From Lentisphaeria bacterium (GTDB lineage: Bacteria > Verrucomicrobiota > Lentisphaeria > Victivallales > UBA1829), in contig JAFZZR010000044.1 of the NCBI GenBank assembly GCA_017615635.1, forward strand, positions 36,176 through 100,175: DNA of 64,000 bases, read 5' to 3'. The notes under the pieces are model-generated. The model ran no database searches. It was not told the DNA's origin and was given only the letters and a program-made list of their open reading frames with translations. The translations under genes were made by a program, and so were the position numbers. This document shows positions 22,696 through 35,391 of the stretch, one piece after another (positions within the stretch are counted from its first letter, which is position 1; every line of letters starts with the position of its first letter).

Positions 22696-22699
22696 GGTA

Positions 22700-24862
22700 T
22701 CAGCTCCTGCTTTCCGCTTCGGTGATGAAGGTTTCCTGCACGTGCGGCGGCAGGTCGATGAACCGGACGTTCCATCCGCAAAGCCGGATCTGCAGATTGC
22801 GGTACTGTTCCGGATCCTTCTGCGCGGCCCGCAGGACGGCCGGCGAAAGCACGTTGAACTGGATGAATAGGCCGCCCCGCTCGAAGAAGGTGCGGATCAA
22901 CCTCACGATCAAATTAATTCCGGCATCGCCCGCCACGGACCGGGGCGAAAGCATGACATCCAGCACGGAGCCGTCGGCAAAGAGGGTGTGATCCAGCGCG
23001 GATGCGCTGTCCAGAAGACCGGCGATGCCTTCGGCGTCGCAGCCCGAGGTGCTCAGCACGTTCCGCGAGATCGGATCGCCGGAGTGGCGTCCGTCCGGCG
23101 TGGCTCCGGTTTCGCGCCCGAAGATGTAAGACCAGTCGATGGACCAGAGTCCCATCTGATAGAATCCGCCCTTGGCGTTGGGCGTGTGCATGATCTGATC
23201 GCCGGCCCGTTCCGCAATGATCTTCGCGGGCGAATCCGCCGAATCGATGCCGTTCCCCCATTTCGGCGCCCGTTTCGCCGCCAGCAGCCGAAGCGGTTCC
23301 TGTCCCTCCCAGTTCGAGGCAAGGATCCTGCCCAGCTCGGCAAAGGAGACTCGTTTCTCCTCGAAAACAAGTTCCCGGATCGCCGCCAGAGAATCCGCCG
23401 CGGTTCCGATCCCGGCGCACATGACGCCGCTGGTGACGTACTTTGTCCCGTACTGCGAAACATCCAGACCGCGCACCATGCATTCATCCATGGTTCCGGA
23501 GAGGAGCGGAGCGGGAGAGACCCGGTTCCAGTCCTTTTCCAGCAGATTCGCCTTTTCCATGGATTCGGCCAGACGGCATTCCATGAGCTCCAGGAATTTG
23601 TGGAAGACCTCATCGAAGGTTTTCGGCGTGAACCCGGGATCGGAAAAGAGTTCCGGGAAGAGTCCGGCGAAGTTGAACAGAATGGTCATGGTGCAGGAAA
23701 GTTCCTTGCCCATGATCGCCGGTTCATAGCAGCCCACAGGAAGAAAATTCGCCAGGTCGCGGGGTTCCTTTCCGTGCCTCAAAAACATCTTCCGGGCGGT
23801 TTCTTCGCAGGCGAAGACCATGGAGGATTTTCCTTCGCGGATGCACTCCGCCGCGAAGGCGAGCACGTCGTCGGGCGTTTTGGCGTTGACGCGAAGCGAA
23901 AATTTCGGATCGATCCGCCCCAGATCCCGGAAGACTTTCCAGGCTAGCCGGGTCAACCCGCAGCAGCCGTCTTCCGCCGTTTCCGGATCGTCCGAGGGAA
24001 GCAGTCCGCCGAAGCAGAAGGGCGTGCCGTTGTCTTTTCCCTGCGATTGAACCAGAAAGCGGGAGAAATAGGCGGTCAGGAGTTCTTCCGCGCTCTCCGC
24101 AGTCAAGCGGCCCGAAGCCAGATCGGCTTCGTAAAACCGGCGGTACATCCGGTCGAAGATCCCCATGGAGCGGACCCATTCGCCCTCGATTTCCTGAATT
24201 TCGCGGTAAAGAAGACCCAGTTCCAGCGCCTGACGGAGCGTCTCCGGCGCATGATCCGTCAGAAACGTGAGCATCTCCTTCAGATCGGCGCGGCCGCTTC
24301 GCCCGGACAGGTCCGCAAACCGCAGAAGAAAATCGCGGAAAGCCGTATAGACGATCCGCACCGACTCGGCAAAGGGCGACGGCTTTTCCCGGCACAACGT
24401 TTCCGCCCGGGCCAGCAGACCGGGGATCCCCAGGTTCAGCAGATTATCCCAGTCGGGCGAGGTGTGACTCAAATCCAGACGGCTCCGGTAGAGCCCCTTC
24501 ACCGCCGCTTCCATGCCGGATGCCCGGTCCCCGAATGCGGCTCGTGCAGACGCTTTTTTCCGCTCGTTCTGAATGACGATGATTTCGTTTGCCGGACTTG
24601 GACTCAATGTCTGCCGTTCCACCAGCGAGGCGAAGGGATCGAAATCGTTGACGGCGATCCGGACGTTCTGCAGGAAGCACTCCACCATCCGCGCCCGGGT
24701 CACGGCAAAGGGAACGCCCTGTCGCTCGTTTTCCGTGTAGAGGTCCCGGATTTTCTGCCTCAATTCCTCCGGGGGAAGCCCTTCGGCGGCAGCAAAGACC
24801 TCCGGATCATAGCAGTGATCCATTTTTTTGAGGAAATCCTCGCGTTTCACATCCATCATCAT
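22700..24862 (-). CDS. Glycyl-radical enzyme, PFL2/glycerol-dehydratase-like family; compact, substrate unknown
   Basis: 720 aa. Cys loop LPVGCYEP (Cys-x-Glu) and C-terminal glycyl-radical loop YRNLQIRLCGWNVRFIDL. General PFL2 architecture. Confidence 0.9.
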   Translation of the reverse strand: MMMDVKREDFLKKMDHCYDPEVFAAAEGLPPEELRQKIRDLYTENERQGVPFAVTRARMVECFLQNVRIAVNDFDPFASLVERQTLSPSPANEIIVIQNERKKASARAAFGDRASGMEAAVKGLYRSRLDLSHTSPDWDNLLNLGIPGLLARAETLCREKPSPFAESVRIVYTAFRDFLLRFADLSGRSGRADLKEMLTFLTDHAPETLRQALELGLLYREIQEIEGEWVRSMGIFDRMYRRFYEADLASGRLTAESAEELLTAYFSRFLVQSQGKDNGTPFCFGGLLPSDDPETAEDGCCGLTRLAWKVFRDLGRIDPKFSLRVNAKTPDDVLAFAAECIREGKSSMVFACEETARKMFLRHGKEPRDLANFLPVGCYEPAIMGKELSCTMTILFNFAGLFPELFSDPGFTPKTFDEVFHKFLELMECRLAESMEKANLLEKDWNRVSPAPLLSGTMDECMVRGLDVSQYGTKYVTSGVMCAGIGTAADSLAAIRELVFEEKRVSFAELGRILASNWEGQEPLRLLAAKRAPKWGNGIDSADSPAKIIAERAGDQIMHTPNAKGGFYQMGLWSIDWSYIFGRETGATPDGRHSGDPISRNVLSTSGCDAEGIAGLLDSASALDHTLFADGSVLDVMLSPRSVAGDAGINLIVRLIRTFFERGGLFIQFNVLSPAVLRAAQKDPEQYRNLQIRLCGWNVRFIDLPPHVQETFITEAESRS

Positions 24863-24889
24863 TCTTTTCCTCTGCCTTCCCTCGATGCG

Positions 24890-26032
24890 TCAGTGTCCGG
24901 TCGTCAGAAGATTGGTTACTCTGATCCCCGTACCGTGGCCCGGTTCGAAAAACGGCTCGTCCGCCAGATGGACATGTCCTTCGGGCGTCGTATGATCGAT
25001 CACATACTCGATGCTGCCCCGCCAGCGTCCCGGAATACTTTCCGTGGCCCGATGACGGCCTTCCAGAAAATCCGGCGCCTTCCGGTCGGTGTGACCCGGA
25101 CAGGTGTTGGGCCACTGCAGATTCATGGCACGGATTGTCACGCTCTGCGGAGAACCGGGAGACGCATGGCCGAAACGGGGCATGTTGACATTGTGTTCGT
25201 CCAGAAGATTCACGCAGTAAACGGGATAGAAGCATCCGCCGAAACAGGTCTCCCGGCCATCCCCGAAATTCCTTCTGCCGCGGTATCCGTTGAAGGAAAA
25301 ACCGTATATATTGTAAAGCGCTGAAAGACTTTCGCAATAAACATGTTCGCCGCCGATATCAAAACCGACTCCAAAGCCCAGCGCCGCCAGATTCTTCCAT
25401 TCCGAGCGGGCCATGAAATTGCTCCCCGCCGTCCCCCGGAACGCCACGCTCTCCGGATGAGGTACCGGGATGCCGCTGCTGGTGGCGAAATCGAATGAGT
25501 TGACGGGGAGGGACGTCACCCAGATTCCCTCATAGGTCAGTGCGCTGCAGGTACTTCCATCGAACACCACCACCGGTTTCCCGTTGCCGGGAAGACGCAC
25601 CGCCAGGTTCCGGATCGTCCATGCCCGGCCGAACAGATCGTTGCCGTCGCAGTAAAAGAGGGAGAACGGCTCCTCGTCCGAGAGATCCGCATAGAGATCG
25701 TCGCCCATCACAATGACCGCGCCGTTCTGGAAGCCGAGCGGTTCCACAACCCCTTCCAGCGTATGAAAGATACCCTGATTGTGCGCATAGGAACTGCCCG
25801 TCCGCGGCCGGTCGTTGAAAAAGACGATCCCGCCGGAAGGATTCCGGGTCCCGCGGGAATTGATGACGTACGTTCCCTTCAGCAGAATGCATTTTACGCA
25901 CAGCCTTCCCGCTTCGTCGATGGCGCGCTGAAGCGTTTCCCGGGCGTCGTTTTCGGGACAGATGTACCGGGCCGCCGTTTTCAGTTCGTCCGGCGTATCG
26001 AAGGCGGCGCAAACGATATTTCCATCACTCAT
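24890..26032 (-). CDS. Hypothetical cytoplasmic protein co-transcribed with the GRE (possible beta-helix-like fold; unassigned)
   Basis: ORF 24890..26206, start moved to MSDGNIV at 26032. 380 aa, no signal peptide, Cys- and Gly-rich C-terminal half (ETCFGGCFYPVYC, NTCPGH). Ends 27 nt before the GRE start. I recognise no family. Confidence 0.6.
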   Translation of the reverse strand: MSDGNIVCAAFDTPDELKTAARYICPENDARETLQRAIDEAGRLCVKCILLKGTYVINSRGTRNPSGGIVFFNDRPRTGSSYAHNQGIFHTLEGVVEPLGFQNGAVIVMGDDLYADLSDEEPFSLFYCDGNDLFGRAWTIRNLAVRLPGNGKPVVVFDGSTCSALTYEGIWVTSLPVNSFDFATSSGIPVPHPESVAFRGTAGSNFMARSEWKNLAALGFGVGFDIGGEHVYCESLSALYNIYGFSFNGYRGRRNFGDGRETCFGGCFYPVYCVNLLDEHNVNMPRFGHASPGSPQSVTIRAMNLQWPNTCPGHTDRKAPDFLEGRHRATESIPGRWRGSIEYVIDHTTPEGHVHLADEPFFEPGHGTGIRVTNLLTTGH

Positions 26033-26149
26033 TTTTTCAAGTCTCTCGGTTTTTTTTGCTATTTTAGCATGCCGACCTTCTTTTTTCAAGGCCGAATCGT
26101 ACAAAAAACCATGGTTAAATCGTCTCACATCCCCTTTTGCGGACGCCCT

Positions 26150-26216
26150 CCCAGACAAAACAAAACGGGGTGATTTCGGCAGCTGTCCGACGGGACAGCC
26201 TCGCAATCACCCCGTT
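26150..26216 (-). terminator. Rho-independent terminator downstream of rhaA
   Basis: Perfect 12-bp outer stem AACGGGGTGATT/AATCACCCCGTT enclosing an inner CTGTCC/GGACAG hairpin. On the minus strand it is followed by TTTTGTTTTGTCT. Begins about 40 nt after the rhaA stop. Confidence 0.6.
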
Positions 26217-26258
26217 CGCCTTTGCGGATCCATCACGGTTTCGTGACGGACCGGAGGA

Positions 26259-27515
26259 TCACCCTCTGGCGGAGAGCACCTGCTTTTCGTAGGCGCGGAT
26301 CTCGTTCATGAAATCGAAATCCGAAGGAACGCCCCGACGCTCGCACCACTCGTTCCAGACCAGACCCCAGGGCAGCGTTTTGGCCGCTTCCTGAAGAGCC
26401 AGACGGGTTGTACCGTCGAGGCTGCGCTCCGCCTCTTTTGCCCCGGCTGGCTCCAGCAGGGCGACGAGCAGGGCCTTCTGGAAATCGCGGGCGCCGATGA
26501 CCCAGGCGGCGATCCGGTTGATCGTGGCGTCGAAATAATCCAGTCCGAAATGGATCTTGTCCAGGTATCCGTAGGAAACCGATTCCCGCGCCAGACTCAG
26601 AAGCTCATCGTTGACGACGATGACATGATCCGAATCCCAGCGGACGCCGCGGCTGACATGCAGGAATATCTCATCCATGAGGCAGAAGATCGCCGAGAGC
26701 TTGTCTCCGACCTGTTCGGTGGGATGGAAGTGCCCGGTATCGAAGCAGAGGATCTTGCCGCGGCTGGCCGCATAGAGCATATAGAACTCGTGAGAGCCGA
26801 CGGTGCAGGATTCCACTCCGATCCCGAAGAGCTTCTGCTCCACCGTGTCCCGTTCATACGCGGCGTCGATCTTTTCCGCGAAACAGCGGTCCAGGGATTC
26901 CATCATGCGTTTCCGGGGCGTAAAACGGTCCGCCGGCGTATCCTTGAAGCCGTCCGGCATCCAGAAATTGACAATGGCCGGGGAGCCGAGCTCACGGCCG
27001 AACGTTTCGCCGATCTTCCGGCAGGCGATCCCGTGATTGATCCAGAATTCCCGGATCGCGGGATCCGGATGCGCCAGCGAAAGATTGTGATCCAGCTTGT
27101 CGTGTCCGTAGAATGCGGGCGCGATATCCAGGCCGATCTTCTTTTCCTTCGCCCAGTCCAGCCACGACCGGAAGTTTTCGATCGTGAAGCCGTCGCGGTC
27201 CACGCCCGGCAGCATCCGGTCGACCTGATGTCCCTGAAGCCCCACGCGATGGTGTCCCGGAATCAGCTTCAGCGCAAGGTCGAGATCCTTCCGGAGTTCG
27301 TCGGCGTTGCGGGCACGGCCCGGATAGTTTCCGGTGACTTGACAGCCGCCGGTCAGGGTGAAAGAGTCCTTCTCGAATCCACGGACGTCATCGCCCTGCC
27401 AGGCATGGATCCCCAGTTCCACCTTGTCCAGGACGGACATGGCCTTTTCCACGTCCACGCCCAGATTTCCGTACATATCCTTCGCCGCCGCGAAAAGTTC
27501 CTGATTCCGACTCAT
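26259..27515 (-). CDS. rhaA: L-rhamnose isomerase
   Basis: ORF 26259..27542, start at MSRNQ (27515). Collinear with E. coli RhaA: HAWQGDDVRGFE, LTGGCQVTGNYPGRARNADELRKDL, FDTGHFHPTE and VRWDSDHV. Confidence 0.92.
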   Translation of the reverse strand: MSRNQELFAAAKDMYGNLGVDVEKAMSVLDKVELGIHAWQGDDVRGFEKDSFTLTGGCQVTGNYPGRARNADELRKDLDLALKLIPGHHRVGLQGHQVDRMLPGVDRDGFTIENFRSWLDWAKEKKIGLDIAPAFYGHDKLDHNLSLAHPDPAIREFWINHGIACRKIGETFGRELGSPAIVNFWMPDGFKDTPADRFTPRKRMMESLDRCFAEKIDAAYERDTVEQKLFGIGVESCTVGSHEFYMLYAASRGKILCFDTGHFHPTEQVGDKLSAIFCLMDEIFLHVSRGVRWDSDHVIVVNDELLSLARESVSYGYLDKIHFGLDYFDATINRIAAWVIGARDFQKALLVALLEPAGAKEAERSLDGTTRLALQEAAKTLPWGLVWNEWCERRGVPSDFDFMNEIRAYEKQVLSARG

Positions 27516-27683
27516 TTTCCGTTCCTTTCCCTGTCCTGACATGTTGCGTGATATACGCGCGGAAAAGGCCTCGTTTTTCGGGGCGTCCGCGCCTTTTCCC
27601 GTAAGATACAGCGCGGCGGCTCTTTTGTCAATTCCCGGCTCAAAAAAAATTGTGTTTTTATAGGCGGAAGGTCTTCCCCGCCA

Positions 27684-30918
<3,235 letters not shown>

Positions 30919-30935
<17 letters not shown>

Positions 30936-32544
30936 GATGTGTCTCCTTGTATGCCAGCGCCGCGGCGATCAGCCCGGCAAAAAGCGGATGCGCCGCCTGC
31001 GGTCTGGATTTGAACTCAGGATGGAACTGGCAGCCGATGAAGTACGGATGATCGGCCAGCTCAATGATCTCGACCAGTCCCGACTGCGGATTGGTGCCGC
31101 CAATGCGCAGTCCGGCTTTTTCCAGTTCGGAGCGGAACGCAGCGTTGAATTCGTAGCGGTGACGATGACGCTCCTGAATATGCGCCGTCCCGTAAAGCCG
31201 TTCCGCGAGGGAGCCGGGAACGATGTCGCAGTCGTATGCTCCCAGACGCATGGTCCCGCCCTTGTCGGTGATCTTCCGCTGCTCGGCCATGAGGTCGATC
31301 ACCGGATGCGCCGTCGACTCGTTGAATTCGGTGCTGTCGGCATCGTTCCAGTTCAGGACGTTCCGCGCGTATTCAATGACCGCGCACTGCATTCCGAGGC
31401 AGATGCCGAGGAACGGCACGTTATGCGTCCTCGCGTATTCGATGGCCCGGATCTTGCCGGGAATGCCGCGGGATCCGAAGCCGCCGGGAACGAGAACGCC
31501 GTCGGCGCCGGCCAGCAGTTTTTCGGGATCGCCGCTTTCCAGTTCTTCCGCCTCGATCTTGAGGATCTCGACCTTGCACGAATGCCGAATGCCGGCATGG
31601 CTCAGCGATTCGTAGATGCTCTTGTACGCATCCTGATGGCGGATGTACTTCCCGACCACGGCAATGGTGCAGCGGTGCTGCGGATGAAGGACGCCGTCGA
31701 GCCAGGCCCGATAGCCGGAGAGATCGATCCGGCCCGGCCCAAGACGCAGAAGTTCGAGAGTCTTGATGTCCAGTCCCTGACGTTCGAGTTCGAGCGGGAC
31801 TTCGTAGATCGAATTCTGCACATCCAGTTCCTCAATAACGAAGCTGCGCGGCACGTTGCAGAAGCAGGAAAGTTTTTCAAGGTGATCCGGTTCCAGCGGC
31901 ACTTCGCTGCGGCAGACGAGGATGTCCGGCGTGATCCCGATGCCGCGCAGAGTCGCTACCGAGTGCTGACTCGGCTTCGTCTTGAGCTCCTTCGCGGCGC
32001 GGATATACGGAACAAGCGTCAGGTGAATGAAGATCGCCTCCCAGGGTTCCGCCTCAAGCTTGAACTGCCGCGCCGCTTCGAGGAAGGGCAGACTTTCGAT
32101 GTCGCCTGTCGTCCCGCCGATCTCGGTGATGGCGATATCCACATCGTCGGCCTCCAGCGATTTGATCGCCCGTTTGATCTCGTCGGTGATGTGCGGAATG
32201 ACCTGAACAGTGCCGCCCAGGTATCCCCCGGCGCGTTCGCGTGCGATCACGTTCGAGTAGATGCGTCCGGAAGTGTAATTGCTCGCGTGCGAACAGCGGA
32301 CACCGGCGATTCTTTCATAGTGCCCGAGGTCCAGGTCGGTTTCCGCACCATCGTCGGTCACGAAGACTTCGCCGTGCTGATAGGGACTCATTGTGCCGGG
32401 ATCCACGTTCAGATACGGATCGAGCTTCTGCATAGCCACGCGCCATCCGCGCTTTTCCAGAAGGAACGCAAGAGCCGCGCCCGTAATGCCTTTTCCGAGA
32501 CTCGAAACAACGCCGCCGGTAACAAAAATATGCTTCGTCTTCAT
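30919..32544 (-). CDS. pyrG: CTP synthase
   Basis: 541 aa. N-terminus [17 protein letters not shown], glutaminase-domain segment GICLGMQ. Overlaps the carB start by 17 nt and the carA stop by 4 nt. Confidence 0.97.
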
Positions 32545-33647
32545 TTTCCGCTATGCTCCATCAGTTGTTGAAAATCCGCAAACAGTTCCTGCGCATCATG
32601 GGGCCCGGGCGCAGCTTCCGGGTGATACTGCACGCTGAAGGCCGGAAACTTCCGGTGCCGTATGCCTTCGACCGTGTTGTCGTTCAGATTGATATGGGTG
32701 AGTTCGAGACAATCCGGCAGATCCGCAAGCGCAAAGTTGTGGTTCTGGCTCGAGATCGCCACGCATCCCGTCCGGACGTCCTGCACCGGATGATTGCATC
32801 CGTGATGGCCGAACTTGAGCCGTCCGCATTTGGCTCCGCAGGCAAGACCGAGCAGCTGATGTCCGAGGCAGATCCCCATGAGCGGCACCTTGCCCAGCAG
32901 AAGCCGGATGTTCTCGATCGCATACCCTACGGCCGAGGGATCCGCCGGTCCGTTCGAGAGGAAGACGCCGTCCGGTCTGCGCGCCAGCACGTCGCGTGCG
33001 GGCGTTTTTGCCGGGACCACCGTCACACGCATATCGTGCCCGGCAAGGCAGCGCAGGATGTTGTACTTGACGCCGAAATCGTATACCACGACATGATACT
33101 TCCCCTCGCGGCTCCATTCATACGGTTCGGATGTCGTGACGCGGGATGCGTAATCCTGTCCGTCCAGCCCTTCCCAGGCGGCGGCGCGGGCGGCGGCTTC
33201 CGTTTCGTCAAGCACCGTTCCGTCGACATGAAGATATGCTTTCTGGCTTCCCTTTTCACGCAGATGCAAAGTCAGCGCACGGGTATCGATCCCGGCAATG
33301 CCCGGTTTCCCGTGCCGGAGAAGAAAATCCGCCAGCTCTTCGCGCGCCCGCCAGTTCGAGGCCGGATTCAGCTCGTGGACAACCAGCGCGTTCAGAAAGA
33401 CGCCGCGGGACTCCATGTCTTCCGGCGAACACCCGTAATTGCCGATCTCCGGTGCGGTCAGCGTGACGAACTGCCCTGCATAGGAAGGATCGGTAACGAT
33501 TTCCTGATATCCGGTCATGCCGGTATTGAATACAGCCTCGCCGACCGCATCGTTTGCCGCGCCGAAGCCGTATCCGTGAAAAACCGTTCCGTCGGCCAGT
33601 GCGAGATAGGCGGCGCGGCGCCGCTTTGCTTCCCAGTTGAAATCCAT
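32541..33647 (-). CDS. carA: Carbamoyl-phosphate synthase small (glutaminase) subunit
   Basis: ORF 32541..33773, start moved to MDFNWEAK at 33647. Contains [16 protein letters not shown], catalytic GICLGHQ and FSVQYHPEA. Confidence 0.93.
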   Translation of the reverse strand: MDFNWEAKRRRAAYLALADGTVFHGYGFGAANDAVGEAVFNTGMTGYQEIVTDPSYAGQFVTLTAPEIGNYGCSPEDMESRGVFLNALVVHELNPASNWRAREELADFLLRHGKPGIAGIDTRALTLHLREKGSQKAYLHVDGTVLDETEAAARAAAWEGLDGQDYASRVTTSEPYEWSREGKYHVVVYDFGVKYNILRCLAGHDMRVTVVPAKTPARDVLARRPDGVFLSNGPADPSAVGYAIENIRLLLGKVPLMGICLGHQLLGLACGAKCGRLKFGHHGCNHPVQDVRTGCVAISSQNHNFALADLPDCLELTHINLNDNTVEGIRHRKFPAFSVQYHPEAAPGPHDAQELFADFQQLMEHSGK

Positions 33648-33649
33648 TT

Positions 33650-35371
33650 TCAGTACGCTCTCTCGTTTTTGTTTTCCATAAAATTCACCAGCGCGCGGTT
33701 CGCCGTCAGAATGCCTCCCCGCGTGGGATAATCTCCGGTAAAATACCAGTCGCCGGTATGTCCCGGACAGCACCGGTGCAGATCTTCCACGGATTGAAAG
33801 ACGACCCGGAGCTCCGCATGGAAGTCCTGCGGGGTAAGCAGCCGGGCGATCTCCTCGTGAAGTTCGTCTTCGGTTACCGCATCATAAATCAGTTTCATCC
33901 GGTTTTCCGCATGCTCCGGCTCGGCGAGATCGCGCCGGGCGAGCCGGGCGGCGTCTTCGAGCACGGCGCCCCGCTCCGCACAACGGAGCAGATTCACCGC
34001 CGCCTGAAATGCCACCAGATCGCCCGCACAGGCCATATCGATCCCGTAGCAGTCGGGATACTTGATCGGCGGTGCGGAACTTGCGACCACGATCCTCCGT
34101 GCGCCGAGGCGGGCAAGAATCGGCAGGATCGCTTCGCGCATGGTGCTGCCACGCACGATGGAGTCATCCAGCACGACCAGGGTATCCGAGCCGGGGCGGA
34201 CGAGTCCGTATGTCACGTCGTATACGTGCATATAGAGTTCCCGGCGGCTTGCCGCGTCCGCGATGAAGGTGCGGAATTTGACATCCTTGATGGCGACCTG
34301 TCCGAACCGGACCATTTTTCCCGCGGGGAAGGCGATCCGGTTCAGCGCCTCCAGCAGTCCGTGGAAACTTACCTGCGCCGAGTTCGGAATATAGCTGAAG
34401 AACGTGTTGTCGAAATCGCTTTCCGCCGCTTTCAGGACGCCGGGAACAAGGGCAGCCCCGAGCTTGCGGCGTTCGCGGTGGATCTCCGCGTCGTTGGGAC
34501 GCGAGAAATAGATGCGCTCGAAGACGCAGCTCCGTTTCGGTGCGGGATCAAGGCAGTCGGATATCTCGACCGAGCCGCCCGGTTTGAGCGTGACGGCCTT
34601 GCCGGGAGGCAGTTCCATGACTTCGCCGGTGGAGCAGTTGAACGCGGCCTGGATTGCCGGACGTTCGCTGGCAACCGCAAAGATCTCGTCATCGAAATAA
34701 AAAAATCCGGGGCGGATACCATGTCCGTCCCGGATCGCAAAGACTTCTCCCGCGCCGTTCATGCCGCACAGCGTGAACGCCCCGTCCAGCGGATTGAGTG
34801 CCTGTCGAAGCAGGCCTACCCAGTCCGGCGAACCGGCGTGGCGGTTTGCATCCTGTTCCAGATAATGCGCAATGGTCTGCGTGATAAGATAGCCGTCGGC
34901 GCGGCTGGCGGGATGGTGCCCCGCCTGCTGGAAACGAGAGAACAGAAGTTCGGCATTGGTAAGGTTGAAGTTTCCCGCCAGCAGCAGCGTCCTCCGCAAA
35001 CAGTTCGAGTCATGAACGAACGGATGACAGCATTCGATCGATTCCCGCCCGTAGGTCGCATAACGGAGATGTCCCAGAAGAACTTCTCCGTTCATCCCCG
35101 GGTGTCCGGCGCACCGTCCGAGAAGATCGGCAAGCGGATCCTCCGCCGCCGCCGATTTTTCCAGGTTGTACGCCGGCGTTCCCGGTTCGGGATTCAGGTG
35201 CAGGACGGCGATCCCGGCGCCGTCCTGACCCCGATTGTGCTGCTTTTCGAGAAGGAGGGCAAGTTTGCCGAATCCGTAATCGCCGTTGCCGTATTTCCGC
35301 TGAAAATACGCCCGGTTTTGCCGCAGACACAGCAGCCCGACCGCACATTCATGTTTGACCGCGTCCGACAT
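33650..35371 (-). CDS. purF: Amidophosphoribosyltransferase (class II glutamine amidotransferase, long form)
   Basis: 573 aa. Short propeptide before the Ntn cysteine (MSDAVKHEC|AVGLL), the HNRGQDGAGI segment, and a PRTase loop VVLDDSIVRGST. Its stop lies 2 nt before the carA start. Confidence 0.85.
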   Translation of the reverse strand: MSDAVKHECAVGLLCLRQNRAYFQRKYGNGDYGFGKLALLLEKQHNRGQDGAGIAVLHLNPEPGTPAYNLEKSAAAEDPLADLLGRCAGHPGMNGEVLLGHLRYATYGRESIECCHPFVHDSNCLRRTLLLAGNFNLTNAELLFSRFQQAGHHPASRADGYLITQTIAHYLEQDANRHAGSPDWVGLLRQALNPLDGAFTLCGMNGAGEVFAIRDGHGIRPGFFYFDDEIFAVASERPAIQAAFNCSTGEVMELPPGKAVTLKPGGSVEISDCLDPAPKRSCVFERIYFSRPNDAEIHRERRKLGAALVPGVLKAAESDFDNTFFSYIPNSAQVSFHGLLEALNRIAFPAGKMVRFGQVAIKDVKFRTFIADAASRRELYMHVYDVTYGLVRPGSDTLVVLDDSIVRGSTMREAILPILARLGARRIVVASSAPPIKYPDCYGIDMACAGDLVAFQAAVNLLRCAERGAVLEDAARLARRDLAEPEHAENRMKLIYDAVTEDELHEEIARLLTPQDFHAELRVVFQSVEDLHRCCPGHTGDWYFTGDYPTRGGILTANRALVNFMENKNERAY

Positions 35372-35391
35372 GGCTCTCTCCCTCCTGAGGA

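Noticed and set aside
26259-27515. The idea that rhaA belongs to the GRE operon, implying a rhamnose to propanediol dehydratase logic.
   Set aside because: A strong stem-loop with a T-tract (26150..26216) follows rhaA, and a 226-nt spacer separates it from the next gene. No rhaB, rhaD, lactaldehyde reductase or microcompartment genes are present. The link is kept only as weak neighbourhood context.
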